Part shown: positions 1-13,390 of the stretch, piece after piece
Position numbering within the stretch: position 1 is the stretch's first letter
Layout of the letters: every line of letters begins with the position of its first letter
Source: Nemertoderma westbladi
Lineage: Eukaryota; Animalia; Xenacoelomorpha
Assembly: GCA_032718475.1 (NCBI GenBank)
Contig: JAUCBJ010002821.1
Coordinates: 1 to 50,244 of the forward strand
Length of the DNA stretch: 50,244 nucleotides
Reading direction: 5' to 3'
Notes under the pieces: generated by a model
The model's database searches: none
The model's input: only the letters and a program-made list of their open reading frames with translations
Told to the model about the DNA's origin: nothing
Made by a program: the position numbers and the translations under genes

Positions 1-86
1 TGTCGGTTTGTAACCCATGATGCATACGCCTGCATCATAGCCCATATAGTGGTGACGCATACGCCTGCGTCATAGGTGCGAAAGGG
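1..86. mobile_element. Right end of a piggyBac-like non-autonomous element (truncated by window start)
   Basis: Ends ...GGTGCGAAAGGG followed by TTAA (87-90); two subterminal self-complementary repeats (ATGATGCATACGCCTGCATCAT, GTGACGCATACGCCTGCGTCAT). Left end not in window. Confidence 0.45.
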
Positions 87-1113
87 TTAATGCATATTCT
101 GATTTAGAGGGTTAGAAAAATATATTTTTTTGGTAACTGATTGTTCAATATAACTACTCTAAGCACAGATAGTAAGTATGGGAAAAAAGAGAAGCATTGA
201 AGTTTCAAGCACAAAATTCAGAATTTTAGTGAAACCCCAAATACCCCATTTTTGCTGCACTGTTCAATACAATGGTGATGTGTCCAATGCGCAGCCATAC
301 ACTATAGGCCCTACACGTTTATAATTCGTGATAATTCGAAAATATCAAACTTAAATATTATTACACACTGTCTTTGTCTACTCAAAAATCATATATATAA
401 TCGTGTCCCTAAAACGCCACTTTTTTGTTCGAAAAATCGAAAATACAAATTTTAGCAAATTTTATATTTTTTAAAAAGTTGAAACATCAAAATAACAACT
501 TTAAATGTCAAGTATAATAAGTATGGCAAAAATAAAAAAACATTGGAAGCAGTTTCAAGCACAGAAACTGAAATTATATATTATGTGAAACTCCATTATT
601 CTTGATAATCCTAGAAAATTCCCCAAATGCTACGAAATATGTAGTGTACTGCTATGTTTGTCATGATAACGAAAGATATATTAGAAAAATATTTTACGTT
701 CCAGAAACAAAATTTATCACATATTTTAGATCTATCTATTTATATTTGATTCCCATATGAGAAATTTCATTAATCGTCTTTTAAAAAATTATATATATTT
801 TTGGCTCTATAGGGACATTAAGATGACTTTTTGTGGTCCAGAAAAGCCACTGCTCCCATTATAATTGACATTATACATTACAAACATTATAAATAATTTT
901 GAGAATATAACAACTAAAATATATATTTTTTCTGTTGGGTGAAATTCGATGGAACAAAACCAAATGGGTAGATAATATAGTTAATATTGTAAATCCATTG
1001 TAGTTGATAATGTAATGTTGCGTAATTTAGTGTTATATGAATTTCGAACATGACGCAATATTGAAGGCTTGCCAGGGACATGTTATCCGTATATATATAT
1101 ATATATATATAAT

Positions 1114-1247
1114 TATATAGAAACAATGTGATCCAGTCTCCTATCAAAAATGAAACCTAACTACAAATAAACACTTTAATAACTGCACGAATAACTATCC
1201 TATATATTAGAAAATACAGGACATTTAGTCCGCCGAAAGGGGTAAGT
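1114..1247. repeat. 134-bp direct repeat, copy 1 (copy 2 at 3259-3392); possible Penelope pseudo-LTR/partial tandem
   Basis: TATATAGAAACAATGTGATCC...CGCCGAAAGGGGTAAGT appears identical at both positions; lies 3' of the minus-strand Penelope ORF. Confidence 0.85.
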
Positions 1248-1290
1248 CTACATACTAAATTTGATAAAAATAAAGGGTTTCAGGATTTAA

Positions 1291-2711
1291 CCCTATTAGC
1301 ACTGGGGGGGGGCCGAATCGACCCCTTCCTAGTTTTTAGTTGCTGTAACTATGCAACCACATTACGTACCGGCCCAATTTTTTGTGAGAATTAGCCAAAT
1401 TTAATGCCGCATCTTTTGCAAAAAACGCCGTTGCAATTGGATTTCTACTTTTCGATGTGGGTGCCACCTCAAAATTTGGTCTCCAGCACCAAATTTTTTG
1501 AAATTTTCGAATTTTACAAAGTCATTCGTGATTTAGTAATTATTTATGTTTGGGCTATTTTTATTTATTTTTATTGGTTTGGATCACTCTAATGCTCTAT
1601 ACAAGTATGTAAGTGTAGTGGTACGTCATTTTTGGAGCACCAAAATTAGGGCGTGGCACTTCAAATTTTGAAAAATACGAGATTCGGAAAATACACTAAA
1701 GTTTTGATTTGCAAAGCATTTTTATAGGATTTCTGGAGCGCTGAATCGATTAAAAGTAATATAGAAGCCTGAAGACTTAGTGGTTCGCCATTTTTGGTGC
1801 ACCAAAATTAGGGCGTGGCACTTCAAATTTTGAAAAATACGAGATTCGGAAAATACACTAAAGTTTTGATTTGCAAAGCATTTTTATAGGATTTCTGGAG
1901 CGCTGAATCGATTGAAAGTAATATAGAAGCCTGAAGATTTAGTGGTTCGCCATTTTTGGTGCACCAAAATTAGGGCGTGGCACTTCAAATTTTCAAAATT
2001 TATTTATTCGGGAAAAACACTAAAGTTTTAATTTCAAAAAATGGCTAACTTCTAAGTCTTCAGGCTTCTATATTACTTTCAATCGATTCAGCGGTCTGGA
2101 AAACCTATATAAATTCGTTAAAATTTCAATTTTGGTTTATTTTCCGAATCTCGTATTTTTCAAAATTTGAAGTGCCACGCCCTAATTTTGGTGCACCAAA
2201 AATGGCGAACCACTCAGTCTTCAGGCTTCTATATTACTTTCAATCGATTCATCGGCCAAGAAAACCCATAAAGATGCGTTGAAATAAAAAAATTAGGGGC
2301 ATTTTCTGAATATCTAATTTTTCAAAATTTCAAAAAGTGCCACGCCCACTTCTTAGGTGCACGAAAAATAGCATCCACTTCAATTTTTGGAAGTGGAATA
2401 TAATCACATTCGATTCAGCGTCTTGAAAAACCTACTAAATCTAGCCAACACTGCCACACTATTAGTTTTTAGAAAACGAAAAATTTTGTAATTTTGTCCT
2501 GGGACTACTTTTATTTTTCATCAAAATTATGAGACCCTGCTTATGAAATTTTAACTTTTTAAGATTTGGTAGTGTTCATCTATAGTTGTTTCACCAACAG
2601 CCCAAATTTTGTAGGATTTCATTAGACGACTACAAAAATATTGTGGGTGGGCCGAATCGGCCCCCCCCCCCCAGTGGTGCTAATGGTCAAAACACCCCAG
2701 TGGTAATAGGG
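1291..2711. mobile_element. piggyBac-superfamily MITE (1421 bp)
   Basis: TTAA TSD at 1287-1290 and 2712-2715; 17-bp TIR CCCTATTAGCACTGGGG / CCCCAGTGGTAATAGGG (1 mismatch); subterminal GGGCCGAATCG motifs; internal 162-bp tandem repeat (~1630-2035) with inverted copies (~2040-2430); no transposase ORF. Confidence 0.88.
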
Positions 2712-2715
2712 TTAA

Positions 2716-2756
2716 ACACTGTACCCGGGGAAACACAGCTCCATCATCAGCAGTGT
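2716..2756 (-). ncRNA. Degenerate type I hammerhead-ribozyme-like motif (GAAA box missing)
   Basis: Minus strand reads ACACTG-CTGATGA-TGGAGCTGTGTTTC-CCCGGG-TA-CAGTGT: 6-bp stem I, CUGAUGA core, palindromic stem III, UA site, but no GAAA. Confidence 0.35.
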
Positions 2757-3258
2757 ACTGTGAGTCCCTACCCTATCTAAAAACAGCACAGTACCAATTG
2801 ACCTTTATAATACAGGAAATGAAACCAAATACTGAAATAGAGAAATAAACAAATCAGACCGGTAGTAAATAGATGAAACCCAAAAACTGATACCACTAAA
2901 GGCTAAATAAAATACATGAAACCAAAATAAGAATGAACCCAAATGAGAATAGTGACCAAAAAGTGAACTACTATATCTAACCTGCATAACAAATAAATCC
3001 ATAATGGCTGTATTGCACAGTCTAATAATAGATATGTTATATAATGGTATGAATACAGCAGTAAATAACAACCCCAAGACCATACAGACACCCCCCCCCC
3101 CCCCCCCCCAAACACTGATAGAATAATGATACCCAATAGTAACTCCCAGAACTAGAGTAACGGAAGCAACTAGCTTTCAATAGGCTACAAGAGGCATACT
3201 GCACAAGAAATATATAAGAAACAATATGGGTACAGTACAACCTGACTGGCGAAATATA

Positions 3259-3392
3259 TATATAGAAACAATGTGATCCAGTCTCCTATCAAAAATGAAA
3301 CCTAACTACAAATAAACACTTTAATAACTGCACGAATAACTATCCTATATATTAGAAAATACAGGACATTTAGTCCGCCGAAAGGGGTAAGT
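3259..3392. repeat. 134-bp direct repeat, copy 2
   Basis: Matches 1114-1247. Confidence 0.85.
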
Positions 3393-3846
3393 AACTCCAC
3401 CCACCTGCACAGGTGGGTTTGCTCGGTTTCATATAATTTAAATTAGCTGTTTAGTGCAGTTAGCTAGGTAGTACATTAGTTATATTTGAGAAAGTTTAGT
3501 AGTTTTTTTAGTTCAGTAGTCTATAGTTTAGTAGTGCTTTAGTTTATTTGATAAAGATTATGGAATATAATCGAAAATTTATAAACTTTTTAGCGTTTTA
3601 CCATTTGGGAGTTAGTTCCGGCAGCGGCAGAACAATCAAGTAAATATATATCTTTCCTTTCTGCGGTTTGGAGAAGTACTACTTGTTATATATATATATA
3701 TATATATATAAATTTAAATTAAGTTAAAGAAAGTTAAGGGAATATGACTGTAGGATGTGAGATCAAGTTGTTTTAGTATAATAATATTTTAAGAATTCAA
3801 AAGGTGACAACTTATATGATCAATCACTAAAAATTAAATTTTTTAT

Positions 3847-3884
3847 TATTAGCTTTCGATAGCTCTCTCTATCTTTTTCAAATA
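3847..3884 (-). ncRNA. Minimal Penelope-type hammerhead ribozyme (U3-A8 core variant)
   Basis: Minus strand TAT-TTGAAAA-A-GATAG-AGAGAG-CTATC-GAAA-GC-TA-ATA: 3-bp stem I, 5-bp stem II, minimal palindromic stem III; about 95 nt downstream of the GIY-YIG stop, where PLE hammerheads are typically found. Confidence 0.6.
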
Positions 3885-3978
3885 GACGATATTCTAGAAT
3901 TATTGCACTACAAATAATAATACTACCCTAGCAACTAATGAGTTTGTTAAATCTGTGAATCTTTAATCTTTATAATTC

Positions 3979-5535
3979 TTAAGGATTGAAAACATCAAGT
4001 CCAAAGTTATTGATCACCGCCTCGTTGAGAACATTCAAACCCATCGGTTGTAAAGTTTCCAACCGGCACTGCCATTCTCCCTCTTTAATTCTGAGATTTT
4101 GTCGGTTCAGTTTTTTGTTCGCTGAGATCGGTAGACAATCAAATGGTGTAATTCTGAAGTGTGCGTTGTAAGAATGACCCGAGTTAGTAAAATGTATGTC
4201 GATGGCAGTCGATGGTTTGTCGTTAATTATCTTTGTCTTGTAGTTGGCTATCCTAGGCTTTAAGTCCTCTGTTGAACCGATACCAAATAAGTTACATTTA
4301 ATGCAAGTCACCACGTAAATAACATTTTTAGCATTGCAAGATAAATCATTTTTATATAAACCCTGTGGTTTTTGTTAGTTGTTGAGCTGACATATTTTAA
4401 AGGTAATAATACTTTACAGGGGACACATGCCGCTCTGTCACATTTATGAACTCCTAGAAAATCACTAGATGAAAGTTCCCTTGTACACCTCAGTCTGGAT
4501 GGCGCAAGGATATTCTCTAAGGCTGGTGCGCGGCGAGTTACAACTTCCAATTTAGGACTATTCCAAAAAGATTTTGTCATAGAATGTTCATCTAGAATTG
4601 CGGAATGTTTTGAAATAATAAGCATGGGGTTAGGTAATAGAGGGTCATTATTGTGTAAATAGAAAAGTTGTTGCTTTTTATTCTTTCTAGGCTTGTCTTT
4701 TTTTACTTGAAGTGCTTGAAACTGCGTACTGACTGCTGCAGAAGCAAATTGTTGAGCAACAATTTTTTCATCACAGCCTCTCGCGACAAATGCAGAACCA
4801 TACTCTATGAGACTAGAAAAAAGATCTGAATCTAAACTACAATTCCTGCGCAAACGTAAAGCTACACCATAGGGATGATTTGAATCTGTGAACTAGGATG
4901 TGCGCTTGAAGGACACAAATACTGATGTACGTCCATAGGTAAGTGTCATCCATATACCTCTGGTAAAGTAATGGTTTAAAGTGAGACGGGCAATTATCAG
5001 CCATTGCTTTTCGTGGAAAGCAAGAAAAACTTTGGCTATATCTGCACTCAACTGGGACCCCAAGGCAACGCCAACAATTTGTTTATATAGTTTTTCATTA
5101 AAAACAAACCGATTATCTATTAAACACATTCTTAATAAAGTTCTAAAATGTTCCTTTGTGAATCCACCCACTTCAAAATCCGTGGGTAGTTGGGGTGCGT
5201 TAGGGTCTGTGAACACAGGAAATAGTTCGTTTATCACAATATCAATGGATTCATTAAGCGGAATATTGATGTAAAGCGATGTAATATCAAAACTACAAAA
5301 ATGAACTTATGTTCTTAAAATCTTGTTTACTAATTTCATCTACAAAGTAGAAAGTGTCTGAAAGTGAAAATTCACTGTTAGATATGGTGGATACATAAGG
5401 CGACAAAAACTTTGCAATATTGTAAGTAGGGGTATTGATGGCGGACATAATGGGACGAGTTGGAACACCGTTTTGTGGATCTTTGGAAGCCCGTACAGAA
5501 TACCTGGTTGGCAGCCTGTCGGTGCGAGGCGGAAC
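3979..5535 (-). pseudogene. Penelope-like retroelement (probably Neptune group) RT + GIY-YIG endonuclease, 5'-truncated and frameshifted
   Basis: Frameshifted pieces give PGILYGLPKIHK..RPIMS, SFDITSLYINIP, YKQIVGVALGS, RYMDD, LRRNCS, a Cys-rich linker (KCDRAACVPC) and NVIYVVTCIKCNLFGIGST..R..H..H..EGEWQCRLETLQPMGLN (GIY-YIG with CCHH). Confidence 0.9.
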
Positions 5536-5552
5536 TAGGTGGATTAGGGTGG

Positions 5553-8500
5553 AGCAACCCTCCTTACACACTTCCCCGCCTTACAGCAACCCTCCTTACA
5601 CACTCCTCCGCCTTACAGCAACCCTCCTTACTCACTTCCCCGCCTTACAGCAACCCTCCTTACTCACTTCCCCGCCTTACAGCAACCCTCCTTACACACT
5701 TCCCCGCCTTACAGCAACCCTCCTTACTCACTTCCCTGCCTTACAGCAACCCTCCTTACACACTTCCCCGCCTTACAGCAACCCTCCTTACCCACTTCCC
5801 CGCCTTACAGCAACCCTCCTTACTCACTCCCCCGCCTTACAGCAACCCTCCTTACTCACTCCCCCGCCTTACAGCAACCCTCCTTACTCACTTCCCCGCC
5901 TTACAGCAACCCTCCTTACTCACTTCCCCGCCTTACAGCAACCCTCCTTACTCACTTCCCCGCCTTACAGCAACCCTCCTTACTCACTTCCCCGCCTTAC
6001 AGCAACCCTCCTTACTCACTCCCCCGCCTTACAGCAACCCTCCTTACTCACTCCCCCGCCTTACAGCAACCCTCCTTACCCACTTCCCCGCCTTACAGCA
6101 ACCCTCCTTACTCACTCCCCCGCCTTACAGCAACCCTCCTTACACACTTCCCCGCCTTACAGCAACCCTCCTTACACACTTCCCCGCCTTACAGCAACCC
6201 TCCTTACTCACTTCCCCGCCTTACAGCAACCCTCCTTACTCACTTCCCCGCCTTACATCAACCCTCCTTACGCACTCCCCCGCCTTACAGCAACCCTCCT
6301 TACTCACTCCCCCGCCTTACAGCAACCCTCCTTACACACTTCCCCGCCTTACAGCAACCCTCCTTACTCACTCCCCCGCCTTACAGCAACCCTCCTTACA
6401 CACTCCCCCGCCTTACAGCAACCCTCCTTACTCACTCCCCCGCCTTACAGCAACCCTCCTTACACACTTCCCCGCCTTACAGCAACCCTCCTTACTCACT
6501 CCCCCGCCTTACAGCAACCCTGCCTTACTCACTTCCCCGCCTTACAGCAACCCTCCTTACACACTTCCCTGCCTTACAGCAACCCTCCTTACACACTTCC
6601 CCGCCTTACAGCAACCCTCCTTACACACTTCCCCGCCTTACAGCAACCCTCCTTACTCACTTCCCCGCCTTACAGCAACCCTCCTTACTCACTCCCCCGC
6701 CTTACAGCAACCCTCCTTACTCACTTCCCCGCCTTACAGCAACCCTCCTTACACACTTCCCCGCCTTACAGCAACCCTCCTTACACACTTCCCCGCCTTA
6801 CAGCAACCCTCCTTACACACTTCCCCGCCTTACAGCAACCCTCCTTACTCACTCCCCCGCCTTACAGCAACCCTCCTTACTCACTTCCCCGCCTTACAGC
6901 AACCCTCCTTACACACTTCCCCGCCTTACAGCAACCCTCCTTACTCACTTCCCCGCCTTACAGCAACCCTCCTTACACACTTCCCTGCCTTACAGCAACC
7001 CTCCTTACACACTTCCCCGCCTTACAGCAACCCTCCTTACACACTCCTCCGCCTTACAGCAACCCTACTTACACACTCCCCCGCCTTACAGCAACCCTCC
7101 TTACTCACTCCCCCGCCTTACAGCAACCCTCCTTACACACTTCCCCGCCTTACAGCAACCCTCCTTACTCACTCCCCCGCCTTACAGCAACCCTCCTTAC
7201 TCACTCCCCCGCCTTACAGCAACCCTCCTTACACACTTCCCCGCCTTACAGCAACCCTCCTTACACACTTCCCCGCCTTACAGCAACCCTCCTTACTCAC
7301 TCCCCCGCCTTACAGCAACCCTCCTTACTCACTTCCCCGCCTTACAGCAACCCTCCTTACACACTTCCCTGCCTTACAGCAACCCTCCTTACACACTTCC
7401 CCGCCTTACAGCAACCCTCCTTACTCACTCCCCCGCCTTACAGCAACCCTCCTTACTCACTCCCCCGCCTTACAGCAACCCTCCTTACACACTCCCCCGC
7501 CTTACAGCAACCCTCCTTACACACTTCCCCGCCTTACAGCAACCCTCCTTACTCACTCCCCCGCCTTACAGCAACCCTCCTTACTCACTTCCCCGCCTTA
7601 CAGCAACCCTCCTTACACACTTCCCTGCCTTACAGCAACCCTCCTTACACACTTCCCCGCCTTACAGCAACCCTCCTTACTCACTCCCCCGCCTTACAGC
7701 AACCCTCCTTACACACTTCCCCGCCTTACAGCAACCCTCCTTACTCACTCCCCCGCCTTACAGCAACCCTCCTTACACACTCCCCCGCCTTACAGCAACC
7801 CTCCTTACTCACTTCCCCGCCTTACAGCAACCCTCCTTACTCACTCCCCCGCCTTACAGCAACCCTCCTTACACACTTCGCCGCCTTACAGCAACCCTCC
7901 TTACTCACTCCCCCGCCTTACAGCAACCCTCCTTACTCACTCCCCCGCCTTACAGCAACCCTCCTTACTCACTTCCCCGCCTTACAGCAACCCTCCTTAT
8001 TCACTTCCCCGCCTTACAGCAACCCTCCTTACACACTTCCCCGCCTTACAGCAACCCTCCTTACCCACTCCCCCGCCTTACAGCAACCCTCCTTACTCAC
8101 TCCCCCGCCTTACAGCAACCCTCCTTACACACTTCCCCGCCTTACAGCAACCCTCCTTACTCACTCCCCCGCCTTACAGCAACCCTCCTTACACACTCCC
8201 ACGCCTTACAGCAACCCTCCTTACTCACTTCCCCGCCTTACAGCAACCCTCCTTACACACTCCCCCGCCTTACATCAACCCTCCTTACACACTCCCCCGC
8301 CTTACAGCAACCCTCCTTACTCACTTCCCCGCCTTACAGCAACCCTCCTTACACACTTCCCCGCCTTACAGCAACCCTCCTTACACACTCCCCCGCCTTA
8401 CATCAACCCTCCTTACACACTCCCCCGCCTTACATCAACCCTCCTTACACACTCCCCCGCCTTACAGCAACCCTCCTTACTCACTTCCCCGCCTTACATC

Positions 8501-11500
8501 AACCCTCCTTACACACTCCCCCGCCTTACATCAACCCTCCTTACACACTCCCCCGCCTTACAGCAACCCTCCTTACACACTCCCCCGCCTTACATCAACC
8601 CTCCTTACACACTCCCCCGCCTTACATCAACCCTCCTTACACACTCCCCCGCCTTACAGCAACCCTCCTTACTCACTTCCCCGCCTTACAGCAACCCTCC
8701 TTACACACTCCCCCGCCTTACATCAACCCTCCTTACACACTCCCCCGCCTTACAGCAACCCTCCTTACTCACTTCCCCGCCTTACAGCAACCCTCCTTAC
8801 ACACTTCCCCGCCTTACAGCAACCCTCCTTACACACTTCCCCGCCTTACAGCAACCCTCCTTACACACTTCCCCGCCTTACAGCAACCCTCCTTACTCAC
8901 TCCCCCGCCTTACAGCAACCCTCCTTACACACTTCCCCGCCTTACAGCAACCCTCCTTACACACTCCTCCGCCTTACAGCAACCCTACTTACACACTCCC
9001 CCGCCTTACAGCAACCCTCCTTACTCACTCCCCCGCCTTACAGCAACCCTCCTTACACACTTCCCCGCCTTACAGCAACCCTCCTTACTCACTCCCCCGC
9101 CTTACAGCAACCCTCCTTACTCACTCCCCCGCCTTACAGCAACCCTCCTTACACACTTCCCCGCCTTACAGCAACCCTCCTTACTCACTTCCCCGCCTTA
9201 CAGCAACCCTCCTTACACACTCCCCCGCCTTACAGCAACCCTCCTTACTCACTCCCCCGCCTTACAGCAACCCTCCTTACACACTTCCCCGCCTTACAGC
9301 AACCCTCCTTACTCACTCCCCCGCCTTACAGCAACCCTCCTTACTCACTCCCCCGCCTTACAGCAACCCTCCTTACACACTTCCCCGCCTTACAGCAACC
9401 CTCCTTACTCACTTCCCCGCCTTACAGCAACCCTCCTTACACACTTCCCCGCCTTACAGCAACCCTCCTTACTCACTTCCCCGCCTTACAGCAACCCTCC
9501 TTACTCACTTCCACGCCTTACAGCAACCCTCCTTACACACTTCCCCGCCTTACAGCAACCCTCCTTACACACTTCCCCGCCTTACAGCAACCCTCCTTAC
9601 ACACTTCCCCGCCTTACAGCAACCCTCCTTACTCACTTCCCCGCCTTACAGCAACCCTCCTTACTCACTCCCCCGCCTTACAGCAACCCTCCTTACTCAC
9701 TTCCCCGCCTTACAGCAACCCACCTTACACACTTCCCCGCCTTACAGCAACCCTCCTTACACACTTCCCCGCCTTACAGCAACCCTCCTTATACACTTCC
9801 CCGCCTTACAGCAACCCTCCTTACACACTCCTCCGCCTTACAGCAACCCTCCTTACACACTTCCCCGCCTTACAGCAACCCTCCTTACACACTTCCCCGC
9901 CTTACAGCAACCCTCCTTATACACTTCCCCGCCTTACAGCAACCCTCCTTACACACTCCTCCGCCTTACAGCAACCCTCCTTACACACTTCCCCGCCTTA
10001 CAGCAACCCTCCTTATACACTTCCCCGCCTTACAGCAACCCTCCTTACACACTCCTCCGCCTTACAGCAACCCTCCTTACACACTTCCCCGCCTTACAGC
10101 AACCCTCCTTACACACTTCCCCGCCTTACAGCAACCCTCCTTATACACTTCCCCGCCTTACAGCAACCCTCCTTACACACTCCTCCGCCTTACAGCAACC
10201 CTCCTTACACACTTACACGCCTTACAGCAACCCTCCTTACACACTTCCCCGCCTTACAGCAACCCTCCTTACTCACTCCCCCGCCTTACAGCAACCCTCC
10301 TTACTCACTCCCCCGCCTTACAGCAACCCTCCTTACTCACTTCCCCGCCTTACAGCAACCCTCCTTACTCACTTCCACGCCTTACAGCAACCCTCCTTAC
10401 ACACTTCCCCGCCTTACAGCAACCCTCCTTACACACTTCCCCGCCTTACAGCAACCCTCCTTACACACTTCCCCGCCTTACAGCAACCCTCCTTACTCAC
10501 TCCCCCGCCTTACAGCAACCCTCCTTACTCACTCCCCCGCCTTACAGCAACCCTCCTTACACACTTCCCCGCCTTACAGCAACCCTCCTTACACACTTCC
10601 CCGCCTTACAGCAACCCTCCTTACACACTTCCCCGCCTTACAGCAACCCTCCTTACTCACTTCCCCGCCTTACAGCAACCCTCCTTACTCACTCCCCCGC
10701 CTTACAGCAACCCTCCTTACTCACTTCCCCGCCTTACAGCAACCCTCCTTACACACTTCCCCGCCTTACAGCAACCCTCCTTACACACTTCCCCGCCTTA
10801 CAGCAACCCTCCTTACACACTTCCCCGCCTTACAGCAACCCTCCTTACACACTTCCCCGCCTTACAGCAACCCTCCTTACTCACTTCCCCGCCTTACAGC
10901 AACCCTCCTTACTCACTCCCCCGCCTTACAGCAACCCTCCTTACTCACTTCCCCGCCTTACAGCAACCCTCCTTACACACTTCCTCGCCTTACAGCAACC
11001 CTCCTTACACACTTCCCCGCCTTACAGCAACCCTCCTTATACACTTCCCCGCCTTACAGCAACCCTCCTTACACACTCCTCCGCCTTACAGCAACCCTCC
11101 TTACACACTCCCCCGCCTTACAGCAACCCTCCTTACTCACTCCCCCGCCTTACAGCAACCCTCCTTACTCACTTCCCCGCCTTACAGCAACCCTCCTTAC
11201 ACACTTCCCCGCCTTACAGCAACCCTCCTTACTCACTCCCCCGCCTTGCAGCAACCCTCCTTACTCACTCCCCCGCCTTACAGCAACCCTCCTTACTCAC
11301 TCCCCCGCCTTACAGCAACCCTCCTTACACACTCCCCCGCCTTACAGCAACCCTCCTTACACACTCCCCCGCCTTACAGCAACCCTCCTTACTCACTCTC
11401 ACTTCCCCGCCTTACAGCAACCCTCCTTACACACTTCCCCGCCTTACAGCAACCCTCCTTACTCACTCCCCCGCCTTACAGCAACCCTCCTTACACACTT

Positions 11501-13263
11501 CCCCGCCTTACAGCAACCCTCCTTACACACTTCCCCGCCTTACAGCAACCCTCCTTACTCACTTCCCCGCCTTACAGCAACCCTCCTTACTCACTTCCCC
11601 GCCTTACATCAACCCTCCTTACTCACTCCCCCGCCTTACAGCAACCCTCCTTACTCACTCCCCCGCCTTACAGCAACCCTCCTTACACACTTCCCCGCCT
11701 TACAGCAACCCTCCTTACTCACTCCCCCGCCTTACAGCAACCCTCCTTACACACTCCCCCGCCTTACAGCAACCCTCCTTACATACTTCCCCGCCTTACA
11801 GCAACCCTCCTTACACACTTCCCCGCCTTACAGCAACCCTCCTTACTCACTTCCCCGCCTTACAGCAACCCTCCTTACACACTTCCCCGCCTTACAGCAA
11901 CCCTCCTTACACACTTCCCCGCCTTACAGCAACCCTCCTTACTCACTTCCCCGCCTTACAGCAACCCTCCTTACTCACTCCCCCGCCTTACAGCAACCCT
12001 CCTTACTCACTTCCCCGCCTTACAGCAACCCTCCTTACTCACTCCCCCGCCTTACAGCAACCCTCCTTACTCACTTCCCCGCCTTACAGCAACCCTCCTT
12101 ACACACTTCCCCGCCTTACAGCAACCCTCCTTACACACTCCCCCGCCTTACAGCAACCCTCCTTACTCACTTCCCGCCTTACAGCAACCCTACTTACACA
12201 CTCCCCCGCCTTACAGCAACCCTGCCTTACTCACTCCCCCGCCTTACAGCAACCCTCCTTACTCACTCCCCCGCCTTACAGCAACCCTCCTTACTCACTT
12301 CCCCGCCTTACAGCAACCCTCCTTACTCACTTCCCCGCCTTACAGCAACCCTCCTTACTCACTTCCCCGCCTTACAGCAACCCTCCTTACACACTTCCCC
12401 GCCTTACAGCAACCCTCCTTATTCACTTCCCCGCCTTACAGCAACCCTCCTTACTCACTCCCCCGCCTTACAGCAACCCTCCTTACTCACTTCCCCGCCT
12501 TACAGCAACCCTCCTTACACACTTCCCCGCCTTACAGCAACCCTCCTTACACACTTCCCCGCCTTACAGCAACCCTCCTTACACACTTCCCCGCCTTACA
12601 GCAACCCTCCTTACTCACTCCCCCGCCTTACAGCAACCCTCCTTACTCACTTCCCCGCCTTACAGCAACCCTCCTTACACACTTCCCCGCCTTACAGCAA
12701 CCCTCCTTACACACTTCCCCGCCTTACAGCAACCCTCCTTACACACTTCCCCGCCTTACAGCAACCCTCCTTACACACTCCTCCGCCTTACAGCAACCCT
12801 ACTTACACACTCCCCCGCCTTACAGCAACCCTCCTTACTCACTCCCCCGCCTTACAGCAACCCTCCTTACTCACTTCCCCGCCTTACAGCAACCCTCCTT
12901 ACACACTTCCCCGCCTTACAGCAACCCTCCTTACACACTCCTCCGCCTTACAGCAACCCTACTTACACACTCCCCCGCCTTACAGCAACCCTCCTTACTC
13001 ACTCCCCCGCCTTACAGCAACCCTCCTTACACACTTCCCCGCCTTACAGCAACCCTCCTTACTCACTTCCCCGCCTTACAGCAACCCTCCTTACTCACTT
13101 CCCCGCCTTACAGCAACCCTCCTTACTCACTCCCCCGCCTTACAGCAACCCTCCTTACACACTTCCCCGCCTTACAGCAACCCTCCTTACACACTTCCCC
13201 GCCTTACAGCAACCCTCCTTACACACGTCCCCGCCTTACAGCAACCCTCCTTACTCACTTCCC
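5553..13263. repeat. 32-bp satellite, about 240 copies (CTTACAGCAACCCTCCTTAC[A/T]CACT[T/C]CCCCGC)
   Basis: Uninterrupted tandem array with two common dimorphic positions; strongly C-rich on the + strand. Confidence 0.97.
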
Positions 13264-13390
13264 TACTACTACTACTACTAGGATCGGTATGCTGCATCTG
13301 CCATCTGTCTATATTTACCACATGTCTATAAGTATGACCTCTCTAAGCCAGACCATTTTACCAATAATAGCCACCGGGGCGTATTCCGGG
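13263..13390 (-). mobile_element. Short retroposon 3' end with (TAG)n tail (SINE or truncated RTE relative)
   Basis: CTACTACTA...GGATCGGTATGCTGCAT nearly matches the RTE tail at 13757-13791 (GGATCGGCATGCTGCAT) and then diverges; 5' boundary approximate. Confidence 0.5.

Noticed and set aside
5540-5552. Telomeric TTAGGG at the satellite junction
   Set aside because: A single hexamer; no telomeric array.
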